This document shows, in pieces, positions 20,579-29,902 of a DNA stretch of 64,000 nt (positions are counted from its first letter, which is position 1; every line of letters begins with the position of its first letter). The DNA is taken from the NCBI GenBank assembly GCA_049516875.1, contig JBEKSS010000004.1, positions 96,001 through 160,000 of the forward strand. Direction: 5' to 3'. Below the pieces are notes generated by a model. It saw only the letters and a program-made list of their open reading frames with translations, was not told where the DNA came from and did not search any database. Position numbers and translations under genes: made by a program. The DNA is from Candidatus Bathyarchaeia archaeon (GTDB lineage Archaea; Thermoproteota; Bathyarchaeia; Bathyarchaeales; Bathycorpusculaceae).

Positions 20579-21559
20579 CTGCCAAAAACCACCTACGCCG
20601 AAGCGATCAATGAGGCTTTGCACCAAATAATCGCAAGGGAACCACGGGCATTCTTGATTGGACAAGGAGTCACCAGTCCATGGTACGTCGGAAGCACCAC
20701 CGTCGACCTCCTCACTCGATTTGGCCCCAAGAGAATAATAGATACGCCAACATCTGAAAATGGCATAACAGGTGTCGCACTGGGTGCAGCTTTGGCGGGA
20801 ATGCACCCCATTTTATGCTTTCCAAGAATGGACTTCATGTATTACGCGATGGACCAGATAGCAAATCACATCGCAAACTGGCACTACATGTTCGGAGGAC
20901 AACTAAGCGCGCCAATAACACTCTGGGCAATCATCAACAGAGGAGGCGAACAGGCAGCACAGCACTCACAGGCAACGCAAGCCATTTTCATGCACATTCC
21001 AGGTCTCAAAGTTGTCATGCCGAGCACACCGTATGATGCTAAAGGGCTTCTCGTAGCTAGCATAAAAGAGGAGAATCCAGTAGTCTATATTGATGACCGC
21101 TGGTTGTATCAGCTTGTTGGGGAAGTTCCGGAAGAGCTGTACTCCGTGCCAATTGGGAAAGGCGTTGTTAGACGCAAAGGCAAAGATGTGACTGTGGTGG
21201 GAACTTCTTACATGGTTTACGAGGCAATCAAGGCTTCCGAGAGCCTTGAAAGCGAAGGCATCGGTGCGGAAGTGATAGACTTACGCTCGCTCAAACCGTT
21301 AGACGAGAATCTGCTGTTTAATTCGGTGAGAAAAACTGGAAGACTGGTCGTTGTGGATGGTGGATGGAGAACTTCTGGCGTTGCTGCCGAAATCTCTGCT
21401 AGAGTTGCAGAAAATGACGCCTTCAAGTCGTTGAAAGCCCCCATTATTCGGGTTACATTACCAGATACTCCTGCACCTGCCAGCTCGGTGCTGGAAAAGA
21501 TTTATTATCCCGGAGCAGAAAAAATCATGGCGGCTGTAAGAGAGGTCTTGGAGAAATAG
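20579..21559 (+). CDS. TPP-dependent dehydrogenase E1 beta-like subunit; probable CTG start
   Basis: TYAEAINEAL, DTPTSE, DQIAN, QHSQ, PGLKVV.P, DAKGLL, IDLRSLKPLD. In-frame TGA at 20570 lies just upstream. Confidence 0.9.
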   Translation: MPKTTYAEAINEALHQIIAREPRAFLIGQGVTSPWYVGSTTVDLLTRFGPKRIIDTPTSENGITGVALGAALAGMHPILCFPRMDFMYYAMDQIANHIANWHYMFGGQLSAPITLWAIINRGGEQAAQHSQATQAIFMHIPGLKVVMPSTPYDAKGLLVASIKEENPVVYIDDRWLYQLVGEVPEELYSVPIGKGVVRRKGKDVTVVGTSYMVYEAIKASESLESEGIGAEVIDLRSLKPLDENLLFNSVRKTGRLVVVDGGWRTSGVAAEISARVAENDAFKSLKAPIIRVTLPDTPAPASSVLEKIYYPGAEKIMAAVREVLEK

Positions 21560-21561
21560 CC

Positions 21562-22677
21562 ATGGTGTACAAAGTTCCCTTCGTGAATTATCCCGAGCAT
21601 TACCGTCGCATGTGGGATGAAGTCATAGGCGCAATTTCAGAAGCGTTGTCTAAGGGCGACTTACTACTTCGTGGACAGTTAAGGCAGTTTGAAGAAGGGA
21701 TCGCCTCATTCGTTGGAGTGAAATATGCAGTTGGACTTAACAGCGGGACCGACGCTATGCTTCTTTCACTGAAAGCTGCTGGAATAGGGCCCGGAGATGA
21801 GGTTATCACAGTGGCCCACACGTTCGTGGCTTCAATAGCGGTAATCGTCTTTTGCGGAGCCAAGCCGATACTGGTGGATGTGGGAGAAGACATGAACATG
21901 GATGTAGAACAAGCGGAACAAAAAATCTCACCAAAAACGAAAGCAATCATGCCAGTTCATCTAAATGGTCGGCTGTGCAACATGAAGAAACTGATGAAAA
22001 TTGCGAATGAACATGATCTAGTAGTGATTGAGGATGCTGCCCAAGCTTTAGGAGCCACCTTCGATGGCAAAAAAGCAGGTTCTTTTGGATTAACTGGTTG
22101 CTTCAGTCTTTATCCTGCAAAAGTGCTTGGAGCTGCTGGAGACGGAGGATTTTTGACCACAAGCGATGATGAAACGAACAAGAATACGCGTCTTCTGAGA
22201 GACCATGGCCAAGACAGAAAAACTGGAGAAATTTTCTTTTACGGGTTTAACAGTAGATTAGATAACATTCAGGCAGCGATTCTTAACGTGAAACTCAAAT
22301 ACCTGCATAAATGGATTGAAAGACGCCGAGAAATTGCCAGAATCTATCACGAAGGGTTATCCGACCTAACCAAAGTGAAATTGCCACAACCGCCTACTTC
22401 AAAAGGCCCATACTATGACGTGTACCAAAACTATGTTATTCGCATCAAAGACCGCGACGAACTTGTTGAATTCCTTGAGCAGAATGGTGTGGAGACAATA
22501 GTTTCTTGGCGAATACCGAACCATTTCCATCCAGCATTGAACCTGAAGCACTTCAAGCTGCCAAATACAGAGGAATTATCCAACGAAGTCGTCTCACTGC
22601 CAATGTATCCAGAGTTGGCAGATGACCAAGTGCACTACGTCATAGATGTCATACACAATTTCTACGAGCACAAATAG
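21562..22677 (+). CDS. DegT/DnrJ/EryC1/StrS aminotransferase
   Basis: NSGTDA, PVHLNG, IEDAAQA, SLYPAKVLG..GDGG, NSRLD. Confidence 0.93.
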   Translation: MVYKVPFVNYPEHYRRMWDEVIGAISEALSKGDLLLRGQLRQFEEGIASFVGVKYAVGLNSGTDAMLLSLKAAGIGPGDEVITVAHTFVASIAVIVFCGAKPILVDVGEDMNMDVEQAEQKISPKTKAIMPVHLNGRLCNMKKLMKIANEHDLVVIEDAAQALGATFDGKKAGSFGLTGCFSLYPAKVLGAAGDGGFLTTSDDETNKNTRLLRDHGQDRKTGEIFFYGFNSRLDNIQAAILNVKLKYLHKWIERRREIARIYHEGLSDLTKVKLPQPPTSKGPYYDVYQNYVIRIKDRDELVEFLEQNGVETIVSWRIPNHFHPALNLKHFKLPNTEELSNEVVSLPMYPELADDQVHYVIDVIHNFYEHK

Positions 22678-22760
22678 ATGAAGACAACAAACAAGGATGA
22701 GCAACGATTAACAGATAAAGAATGGACCATCAGAAATCGGTGATGGTCGAAAGGAAAGTT
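22678..22760 (+). pseudogene. Possible 5' remnant of a methyltransferase paralog
   Basis: ATG directly after the DegT stop gives MKTTNKDEQRLTDKEWTIRNR*, similar to IVTDEEWSNRH at the start of the 22909 gene. Confidence 0.4.
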
Positions 22761-22908
22761 GTCCAGCATATAATACGTGCAGTAGGAATATTCTCGAATT
22801 AGTGAAATATAGGTTTTGGATCCATATTTCGAATTCATAAGTTTTGTTAAATGCTTACGGTCCATTTCGTTGCACGAAGGCTTGTGAAAGGCCCTTGAGG
22901 CAACGTAG

Positions 22909-23697
22909 ATGCAGTCTCAAAGTGAACATGCGCCTATTATAGTAACGGACGAGGAATGGTCCAATAGACATCTTCAAGATGAGAGTTGGATAGAGGGCTA
23001 TTGGAAGTCACGGAACCATCCACATAGGTCCTTCATAACGGAGACAATCCAGAAATTTTCTCCAATACACAGTGTTCTTGAGATTGGATGTGCCAGCGGT
23101 CCGAACCTGTATCGGATAGCCAGAAAGTTTCCTTGCGCAGACGTAAGAGGCATCGACATAAATCCAATGGCCGTTCAACTAGGCAATGAATGGTTTAGGC
23201 AAGAAGGGTTGTCCAACGTTGAACTGGAAGTCGGTAAGGCTCAGAACCTTAAGCGATTTCGAGATAAAAGTTTTGATGTTGTTTTGACAGACGCTGTCTT
23301 GATTTACGTACCCCCCGACGAAATCAGACAGGTCGCAAGAGAAATGCTTCGCATAGGTCGAGTACTAGTACTAAATGAGTGGCACATTTTCAACAAGCGG
23401 TTGGCGTTATTCTGGAACACGTATTGTTGCCTCAAAATGAAAACTGAAATACAAGCAAAACAACGATTCACAAACACCAACTTTTCACTCATACCCCAAT
23501 CATCACTCGGATTCTTCGTGGGACACTGGGCCAGGGATTATAAGACTTTGTTTCAGAAGTTTGTTCAAAAGGAAAAAGTCCATATCACCAAGCTTCCCAA
23601 GAAACTGTATGACGATAAAGGCTGGCAAACATGGGGAGCAATAATTGAAGTAAAGGGACAAAACATTACTGATTCGAGGACGGTTGCGCACCCTTGA
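22909..23697 (+). CDS. Class I SAM-dependent methyltransferase
   Basis: VLEIGCASGPNL, GIDIN, SFDVVLTDAVLIY. Confidence 0.88.
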   Translation: MQSQSEHAPIIVTDEEWSNRHLQDESWIEGYWKSRNHPHRSFITETIQKFSPIHSVLEIGCASGPNLYRIARKFPCADVRGIDINPMAVQLGNEWFRQEGLSNVELEVGKAQNLKRFRDKSFDVVLTDAVLIYVPPDEIRQVAREMLRIGRVLVLNEWHIFNKRLALFWNTYCCLKMKTEIQAKQRFTNTNFSLIPQSSLGFFVGHWARDYKTLFQKFVQKEKVHITKLPKKLYDDKGWQTWGAIIEVKGQNITDSRTVAHP

Positions 23698-23737
23698 TAC
23701 AGTGTCTATTGCTTGCTATTGGTCTGGATAAATCGAC

Positions 23738-24493
23738 TCAATCTTTTCGCCAAGCGTACACGACACCATTATCCTCGGCAAAATGAATTTCATAATCGTA
23801 TTTGCCCAAGATTTCTAAGACTCTTGGATATGTTCTTTTTTCAATGTCGTATCTGCAATGAGTTTCCACTGCAAGCTTTCTGGTAGTTTGTAAGAATCTA
23901 TTGCCACCTTCTAATACCTGAGCTTCAGCGCCTTGAACATCTATCTTTGCAAAGTCTATTTTTCTATCACCAAACAAGTTATCAAGAGTATCTGATGGGA
24001 CTTCTATTTGCCTTTTTCTTTCTACGTCTTCCATAATTGAATGTCCAGTGGGAGTGTCGTGAAGATGGAAGGTCACAGTTCCTTTTTTATCCCATAACGC
24101 TTTGCGAATTATTTCTACATTATTAAAACCAGAAAGATTATGTTCAAGATATGGGATGTTAAGCGGATATGCTTCAACCGCAATAACCTTTCCCGTTGAA
24201 CCAGTCTTTATTGCCATTGGAACGGTTGTGTCACCAATACAAGCTCCCACATCCAACACGGTGTCCCCCTCTTCAATTTTGAAGAACCTCTCACATTTAT
24301 TTTCAAAATCCTTAAGTCCAAACCCTATGAATTTTGGCGTTGGACTCAGCAGTTCCATTCCACCCTTTTGAATCAGCCATCCATTTTCAGATTTCTTGAT
24401 TTTCGCTTTTTCTTTGGACGAAAGTGCATAGTAGAAGTTTGAAATTGACGGGAACAGCCAATTAGGGCATTTTTTTATAAACCACTCCTTCAT
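23738..24493 (-). CDS. FkbM family methyltransferase
   Basis: VLDVGACIG, AVEA, DTLD, FAKIDVQGAE..VLEG; AT-rich and opposite to the operon. Confidence 0.9.
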   Translation of the reverse strand: MKEWFIKKCPNWLFPSISNFYYALSSKEKAKIKKSENGWLIQKGGMELLSPTPKFIGFGLKDFENKCERFFKIEEGDTVLDVGACIGDTTVPMAIKTGSTGKVIAVEAYPLNIPYLEHNLSGFNNVEIIRKALWDKKGTVTFHLHDTPTGHSIMEDVERKRQIEVPSDTLDNLFGDRKIDFAKIDVQGAEAQVLEGGNRFLQTTRKLAVETHCRYDIEKRTYPRVLEILGKYDYEIHFAEDNGVVYAWRKD

Positions 24494-24724
24494 TCTTTCA
24501 CCGTCCAGCGCGCGCGAACTGTTTTACATTAAAGAGTACTGATATAGAACATAAACATTTCCCAGTATTCTCCAGTCTCATCCTTGTCTACTGCTCTACC
24601 TCAATCTTCCATTTTTCTGCTGTGAAGTGAGTTAATATATTGAAAATAACTGTTCTTTTACCTAGGCGCCATTTATTGGTTCATTTGGCGCATTTTGCGC
24701 CCTTCAATTAAGGGGGGCTGAAAC

Positions 24725-25005
24725 GAAGCTTGGGTTTAGGATTACTATTGAATGCATATCATTGCCTCAAACTGAAACGTGAAAAGATGCTGTCATGGCA
24801 CCACCGGCAACTCTCAATTGTTCACTTGTACTCACCATTCCTCGCACTCTTCGTGAGGCACTAGGTGATTGATTATGAGGCTTGTTTGCAAGGTTTGCTT
24901 AGAAAGAAAAAGTTCATATTGTAAAACTTCCACAGAAACCCAAGAGTTGGCAAACATGGGGAGCTGTAATTGAAGTATGAGTATAGAACATTAACTCTTC
25001 GAGGA
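24725..25005 (+). pseudogene. Degenerate copy of the 3' third of the 22909 methyltransferase
   Basis: Colinear DNA matches, e.g. TTGCCTCAAA.TGAAA..TGAAA, CTTCGTG.G.CACT.GG, AAAAAGT.CATAT, TGGCAAACATGGGGAGC..TAATTGAAGTA; carries stops and indels. Confidence 0.75.
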
Positions 25006-25017
25006 TGACGATAATTC

Positions 25018-26277
25018 GTGAAGAAAGTTCTGATCATAGCAAATCTATTCTATGCTTCCCCGCGGATACCAGGTTTGGTCAAATATCTCCCGGAATTCGG
25101 ATGGCAACCTATCATTCTAACAACTTCTCTCGGTGAACGACCAGATGAACGGTTTGGACCTCCCAACGACTTCAGAAAAAACTATAGAGTAATAGAAACA
25201 CCCGGTCCAACTAAAGACGTTGGGACGCGGGTTAAAAAGCGAATGCGCTCCAAAAAATATCGCGTTGTCAGACCGTTACTTAAGTTCCTCTATAGACGAT
25301 ATTCAGAAATAGTTCATTACCCCGATGAAGAAAAAGGTTGGAAACCACTTGCCGTTGAAGCCGCTAACGAATTATTGCAAAAGGAGGAGGTAGATGCGAT
25401 AATCAGTAGTTCTTCGCCAGCAACTTGCCACTTGATCGCCGAAGAAATCAAAAACAAGTACAAGATACCATGGGTGGCTGATTTCAGAGACCTCTGGACA
25501 CAAAACCATAATTATCCCTACAGTATACTTAGAAAGATATTCGAAAAAAGACTTGAGGTAGAGACGCTGTCGACATCAGACGCCTTAGTAACTACCTCTC
25601 AGCCATTAGCAGAAGAATTGAGTATATTACATAAGAAAAAAGTCTATGCAATCACTAACGGTTTTGACCCAGATGAGGTGAGCAATGGAATGTCCGATTT
25701 GACATCAAAGTTCACAACTACCTACACTGGTCAGATCTACAAGAAACAAGACCCTTCAAAACTCCTTTCTGCCCTAAAAGATCTGATCTCTGATGGAACC
25801 ATAAATCCCAACGAAGTGGAAGTTAGATTCTATGGTCCTGAAAATGAATCGCTGGTTGAAGAAACCAAGAAATACGGATTGGGGGCAATAGTTAAGCAGC
25901 ATGGGGTAATCACTAGACATGACTCTTTTGAAAGACAGAGGGAATCGCAATTGTTGTTTCAGATAAACTGGGAAGACCCCGAGAAAAAGGGGCTGTATTC
26001 TGGAAAGATATTCGAATATTTGGCCGCCCAGAGACCCATACTTGCTACCGGTGACAATGACACAGTGAAGAAGCTAATTGAGGAAACTCGCTCTGGCATC
26101 TATTGTCCTAATACCGAAGACATCAAAAAAGCACTCAGCGAATCATATTTGGAATATAAATCAACAGGTGCAGTAACGTATCATGGTAGTATTGACAAAA
26201 TCAATAAATATAGCTATCGAGAGATGGCGAGAGGTTTTGCAGATATTCTTGACACGATATCTGCAGCAGGGGGGTGA
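25018..26277 (+). CDS. Glycosyltransferase (GT4-like)
   Basis: KYLPEFGW, PWVADFRDLW, ITNGFD, GKIFEYLAA.RPIL. Confidence 0.9.
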   Translation: MKKVLIIANLFYASPRIPGLVKYLPEFGWQPIILTTSLGERPDERFGPPNDFRKNYRVIETPGPTKDVGTRVKKRMRSKKYRVVRPLLKFLYRRYSEIVHYPDEEKGWKPLAVEAANELLQKEEVDAIISSSSPATCHLIAEEIKNKYKIPWVADFRDLWTQNHNYPYSILRKIFEKRLEVETLSTSDALVTTSQPLAEELSILHKKKVYAITNGFDPDEVSNGMSDLTSKFTTTYTGQIYKKQDPSKLLSALKDLISDGTINPNEVEVRFYGPENESLVEETKKYGLGAIVKQHGVITRHDSFERQRESQLLFQINWEDPEKKGLYSGKIFEYLAAQRPILATGDNDTVKKLIEETRSGIYCPNTEDIKKALSESYLEYKSTGAVTYHGSIDKINKYSYREMARGFADILDTISAAGG

Positions 26278-26924
26278 ACGATTTGAAGGTTCTAAGCATA
26301 TCACCACACACTGATGATGCAGTTGTGGCCTCGGGTGGCTCTATCTCAAGGATTCTGGAAGAGGGGGCTCAAGTTTTCTACTTGGGCTTAAGCATAGCCG
26401 AAGAATCAGTTCCAGCAGGTTTTCCGAAAAATGCAGTGGAGAGCGAAACCCGACTCGCTACCCAAGAGCTAGGGATAGACCCCAAAAAAGTCTATGTCCA
26501 ACACTTCCCAGTTCGCAGGTTCAATGAGCACCGCCAAGAGATATTAGATCTTCTTGTGAGGCTCAGAAACGAAATAAAGCCTGATATGGTTTTTGTTCCT
26601 ACGACTGTGGACATACATCAAGATCACGAGGTAGTAACTCGGGAGTCTATCAGAGCTTTCAGAAACTGGTGTTCAATCTACGGTTACGACATTCCATGGA
26701 ATGATCTGTACGGAACGAAAATGAACGTCTTCTACGAGTTGAATGAAAGACATATGGAAATGAAGTTGAAGGCAGTCAGTTGTCTGAAATCTCAAATCGC
26801 GAAAAAAGCGAGCTATTTAACAGCGCAGTATCTTAGGAGCATTGCAATTGAGAGAGGTGTCAGGATTAAGGCAGAATATGCTGAGGTGTATGAAGCCATC
26901 CGCGATATAAGGAGGATTCATTAG
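26274..26924 (+). CDS. PIG-L/LmbE family deacetylase
   Basis: SPHTDDA, DIHQDH, SQ. Confidence 0.88.
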   Translation: MNDLKVLSISPHTDDAVVASGGSISRILEEGAQVFYLGLSIAEESVPAGFPKNAVESETRLATQELGIDPKKVYVQHFPVRRFNEHRQEILDLLVRLRNEIKPDMVFVPTTVDIHQDHEVVTRESIRAFRNWCSIYGYDIPWNDLYGTKMNVFYELNERHMEMKLKAVSCLKSQIAKKASYLTAQYLRSIAIERGVRIKAEYAEVYEAIRDIRRIH

Positions 26925-27781
26925 TGAAGAGGTTCCAAGATGTTGAAGAACTCGTTCTAGGCAAAAACGTCAAGATAGAAGAAAATGTATCTCTGAAGGG
27001 AAGAAGGATCGTAATTGGAGAAGGAACTGTCTTAAGGAGCGGCGCTAAGATCGAGGTTTCAGAGTCTCTTGAGATCGGCAACAGATCCATTGTTGGTGAA
27101 AACACCCGAATAATGGGGAGGTCCATTCAGCTTGGCCGGGAGTTCTATAGCAACCATGATGTTGAAATAGGGGGAGGCAGCTGCTTCGAAAGAAAATCAA
27201 AACTAACAGTAGGCTATTGGTTCCATCTAGGATCATATGCCATCGTGAACACTGCAATGGAGGTCAAAATTGGCAACGAAGTCGGCATGGGACGCCTCAC
27301 AAACATATACACTCATGGAGCATACCAATCTGTGCTGAAGGGGTTTCCAGTTGATTTTGGGCCAATAACCATTGGAAACAATGTCTGGATACCTGGAGCT
27401 ACCGTCCTTCCGCATGTAACTATCGGAGACAATGTAGTGATTGGGGTGGGCTCATTGGTGTTAAAAGACCTTCCATCCAACTGTTTGGCGGCGGGCGTTC
27501 CCTGCAAGATCCTCAAGGAGAATTGCTATCCACGCAAACTATCTTTGGAAGAAAAACTCGAGATGATTAAAAGAATCAACAATGAATGGAACCTCGGCAT
27601 GGAATATTTGAAAGGCGGGAAGTTTAAGATAAATAATGCCTGCATCGATTTTGAGGATATGCAGTTTACAGGCAAATCCTCTGAGAGAAGCGAGAGAGCA
27701 AGGAATGTTTTGCGTCGGCACGGAATACGTTTCAAGGTAGACATCGTAGAGGGGGAATATGCGGAATGGAAGGACAAATGA
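26924..27781 (+). CDS. Hexapeptide-repeat acyltransferase
   Basis: Beta-helix repeats, IYTHG, ITIGNNVWI, AAGVPCK. Confidence 0.88.
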   Translation: MKRFQDVEELVLGKNVKIEENVSLKGRRIVIGEGTVLRSGAKIEVSESLEIGNRSIVGENTRIMGRSIQLGREFYSNHDVEIGGGSCFERKSKLTVGYWFHLGSYAIVNTAMEVKIGNEVGMGRLTNIYTHGAYQSVLKGFPVDFGPITIGNNVWIPGATVLPHVTIGDNVVIGVGSLVLKDLPSNCLAAGVPCKILKENCYPRKLSLEEKLEMIKRINNEWNLGMEYLKGGKFKINNACIDFEDMQFTGKSSERSERARNVLRRHGIRFKVDIVEGEYAEWKDK

Positions 27782-28219
27782 CTTGATACTTCTGTCATTA
27801 AACCTGGAGGACTGACAAGTTCCGCTCAAATTCGGTTGGTGAGCGGATTCTGACATACATATGGAACAGAACTGCACCTTTCGACTTTTCTCAGATTGAT
27901 CTCCGCATTCTTAGAAAGTCCCCCGGCTGTATTCTTCCAAGAGGTATAACATCTTTGCTCGAGAATACAGAAGCTGCCAAATGTGTTCAGAGCGCGCGCT
28001 AGGTTGCGCATTTCTCTTGCTTTATGGGATCCTTAGGCTACAACTTCCTTCTCTGCCAGTTATCGCATTGTCTTTGCTGAGGCAACTCCATAACAACACA
28101 AATATATGCTCATACGAGATTATCCATGAACCACCAATCAACGTGAACATTTGGCTAAAGAAGAATTGAGGCTGCAGTATTCGCGCGCTATCATCGTAAT
28201 ACATACTGTCTATTAGTGA

Positions 28220-29725
28220 GTGTCGTGGTTGAGAGACGATAATACATTGATAAGAATTAGGATAGACGTTGACTATCCTTACCCTTCAAGATTCAGGAGC
28301 TTTCTCTACGCATCTCTAGGCATTAGAGCAAGCAAAGAATATCTGAAAAACCCCAAAATAGTTGCAAGAATGATCAATGAATCTCCTCATAATGTCAAGG
28401 CATACTGGTTCTTCACACCGAAGACTATCCCTGACAAAGAACTGCTAGCATTGCTGGAAAATGAAAGGCATGAAGTTGCACTTCACATAATCAATGATCC
28501 ATATGGCGAATTGAAGAATTTGGAGGATTTGACGGGCAAAAAAATCGGATATTATACGATACATGGAACGGCAAGATTGTTTGCAAGAATCATGTGGAAG
28601 AGATGGAAAAGCTGGGCGCCAAGAATCCCAGAAGAATTTCCGCTACAGTCTTTTCACGAATTTCCCACAGTGGGTTTAGATAGCTTATGTTATTCTACCT
28701 CACTTGACCAAGCCCTAAAGGCAGCTGAAGGCCACATCAGAAAAGGCGACGTGGTATACTTCCATCCAATATGGCTTTTTCAGCGAGGAAAATTGAACCG
28801 CAGAGGGCCATTCTATGAAGCTCTCAAGAGGATTCTGGCAGTCGATAGCGAACTTGAGTCCATATCGATTAGTGAGAAATTCTCGATTAGAATAGCCAGA
28901 GATCAAAGAGAGTACGAAACAAATATCGTTCCAACTGGGGAACTTCTTCAGAAACTCGGAGAAAGAGGAGTAGACATATTCACGTTCCTCGAGAGGACTT
29001 GGTGCTACAAAATTCAAAACCCACAGAAGTCTTGGCTGAAGGCCAGTGACAACGTTGCACTCCTTAACTTGAACAGTTACGATGAATGGTGGGCAAGCAT
29101 AGGCAAGAAAACACGCAATATGATTCGCAAAGCAGAAAAAAGTGGGATAATGACAGGCGTTGCCAAGCCAGATGAAAGACTGGCTGAAGGTATATGGAAG
29201 ATATACAATGAAACGCCTATACGACAAGAAAGGGGTTTCCCATACTACGGAATCTCGTTGCGCCAAGTGATAAAAGGAGACCTGCACTCAGCGCAAAATT
29301 GGACCTACATTGGAGCATACTTCCAAAATGAACTTGTAGGATTCATACGGCTCGTTAACGGCGACAATATAACGATAATATCTCTAATACTTTCACTGCA
29401 GAAACATTGGAACAAGGCGGTGAACAACGCGCTAGTAGCCAAAGCGATTGAAGTCTGTGCAAGCAGGGGTGCGAAATGGATCATGTATGGCAGAATTGGA
29501 AACCATCCGTCGCTAGACAACTTCAAAAACAACAATGCATTCAAAAAGTTCACGTTAACGCGCTATTACGTTCCCTTAACGAGTAAAGGTAAGTTGGCGA
29601 TGAAACTGGGTCTTCATAGGGAGATTAAGGATGCCCTCCCGCAGTCAGTGAAATACCCGCTCATCCCCATCTATAACTGGATTAGCAGAACGAAAATGAG
29701 AATGAAGCTTTATTTGCAACGCTGA
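28220..29725 (+). CDS. Polysaccharide-deacetylase-like domain fused to a GNAT/FemAB-like domain
   Basis: N-terminal RIDVD, HEVALH, TIHG, FHP; C-terminal YDEWWASIGKKTRNMIRKAEK, AIEVC, LDNFK. Confidence 0.65.
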   Translation: MSWLRDDNTLIRIRIDVDYPYPSRFRSFLYASLGIRASKEYLKNPKIVARMINESPHNVKAYWFFTPKTIPDKELLALLENERHEVALHIINDPYGELKNLEDLTGKKIGYYTIHGTARLFARIMWKRWKSWAPRIPEEFPLQSFHEFPTVGLDSLCYSTSLDQALKAAEGHIRKGDVVYFHPIWLFQRGKLNRRGPFYEALKRILAVDSELESISISEKFSIRIARDQREYETNIVPTGELLQKLGERGVDIFTFLERTWCYKIQNPQKSWLKASDNVALLNLNSYDEWWASIGKKTRNMIRKAEKSGIMTGVAKPDERLAEGIWKIYNETPIRQERGFPYYGISLRQVIKGDLHSAQNWTYIGAYFQNELVGFIRLVNGDNITIISLILSLQKHWNKAVNNALVAKAIEVCASRGAKWIMYGRIGNHPSLDNFKNNNAFKKFTLTRYYVPLTSKGKLAMKLGLHREIKDALPQSVKYPLIPIYNWISRTKMRMKLYLQR

Positions 29726-29902
29726 GCAGTGTTCTTGATTCATCATTTTCTCTCATCGTTGTCAGGAGTGATCAGTCTCCTTAAACCGAATTTGTCTCCA
29801 CGTGTATCAAGTCAATGTTGTCAAAGATTAGACAGAAAACTTTCAGCAAAGCAAGATTAAATAATCTCAGCAATATGCATTGAGCAACAGTGGGACGAAG
29901 GG

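Noticed and set aside
27790-28200. Short ORFs between the acyltransferase and the fusion gene
   Set aside because: No coherent frame; treated as variable spacer carrying GCGCGC motifs.
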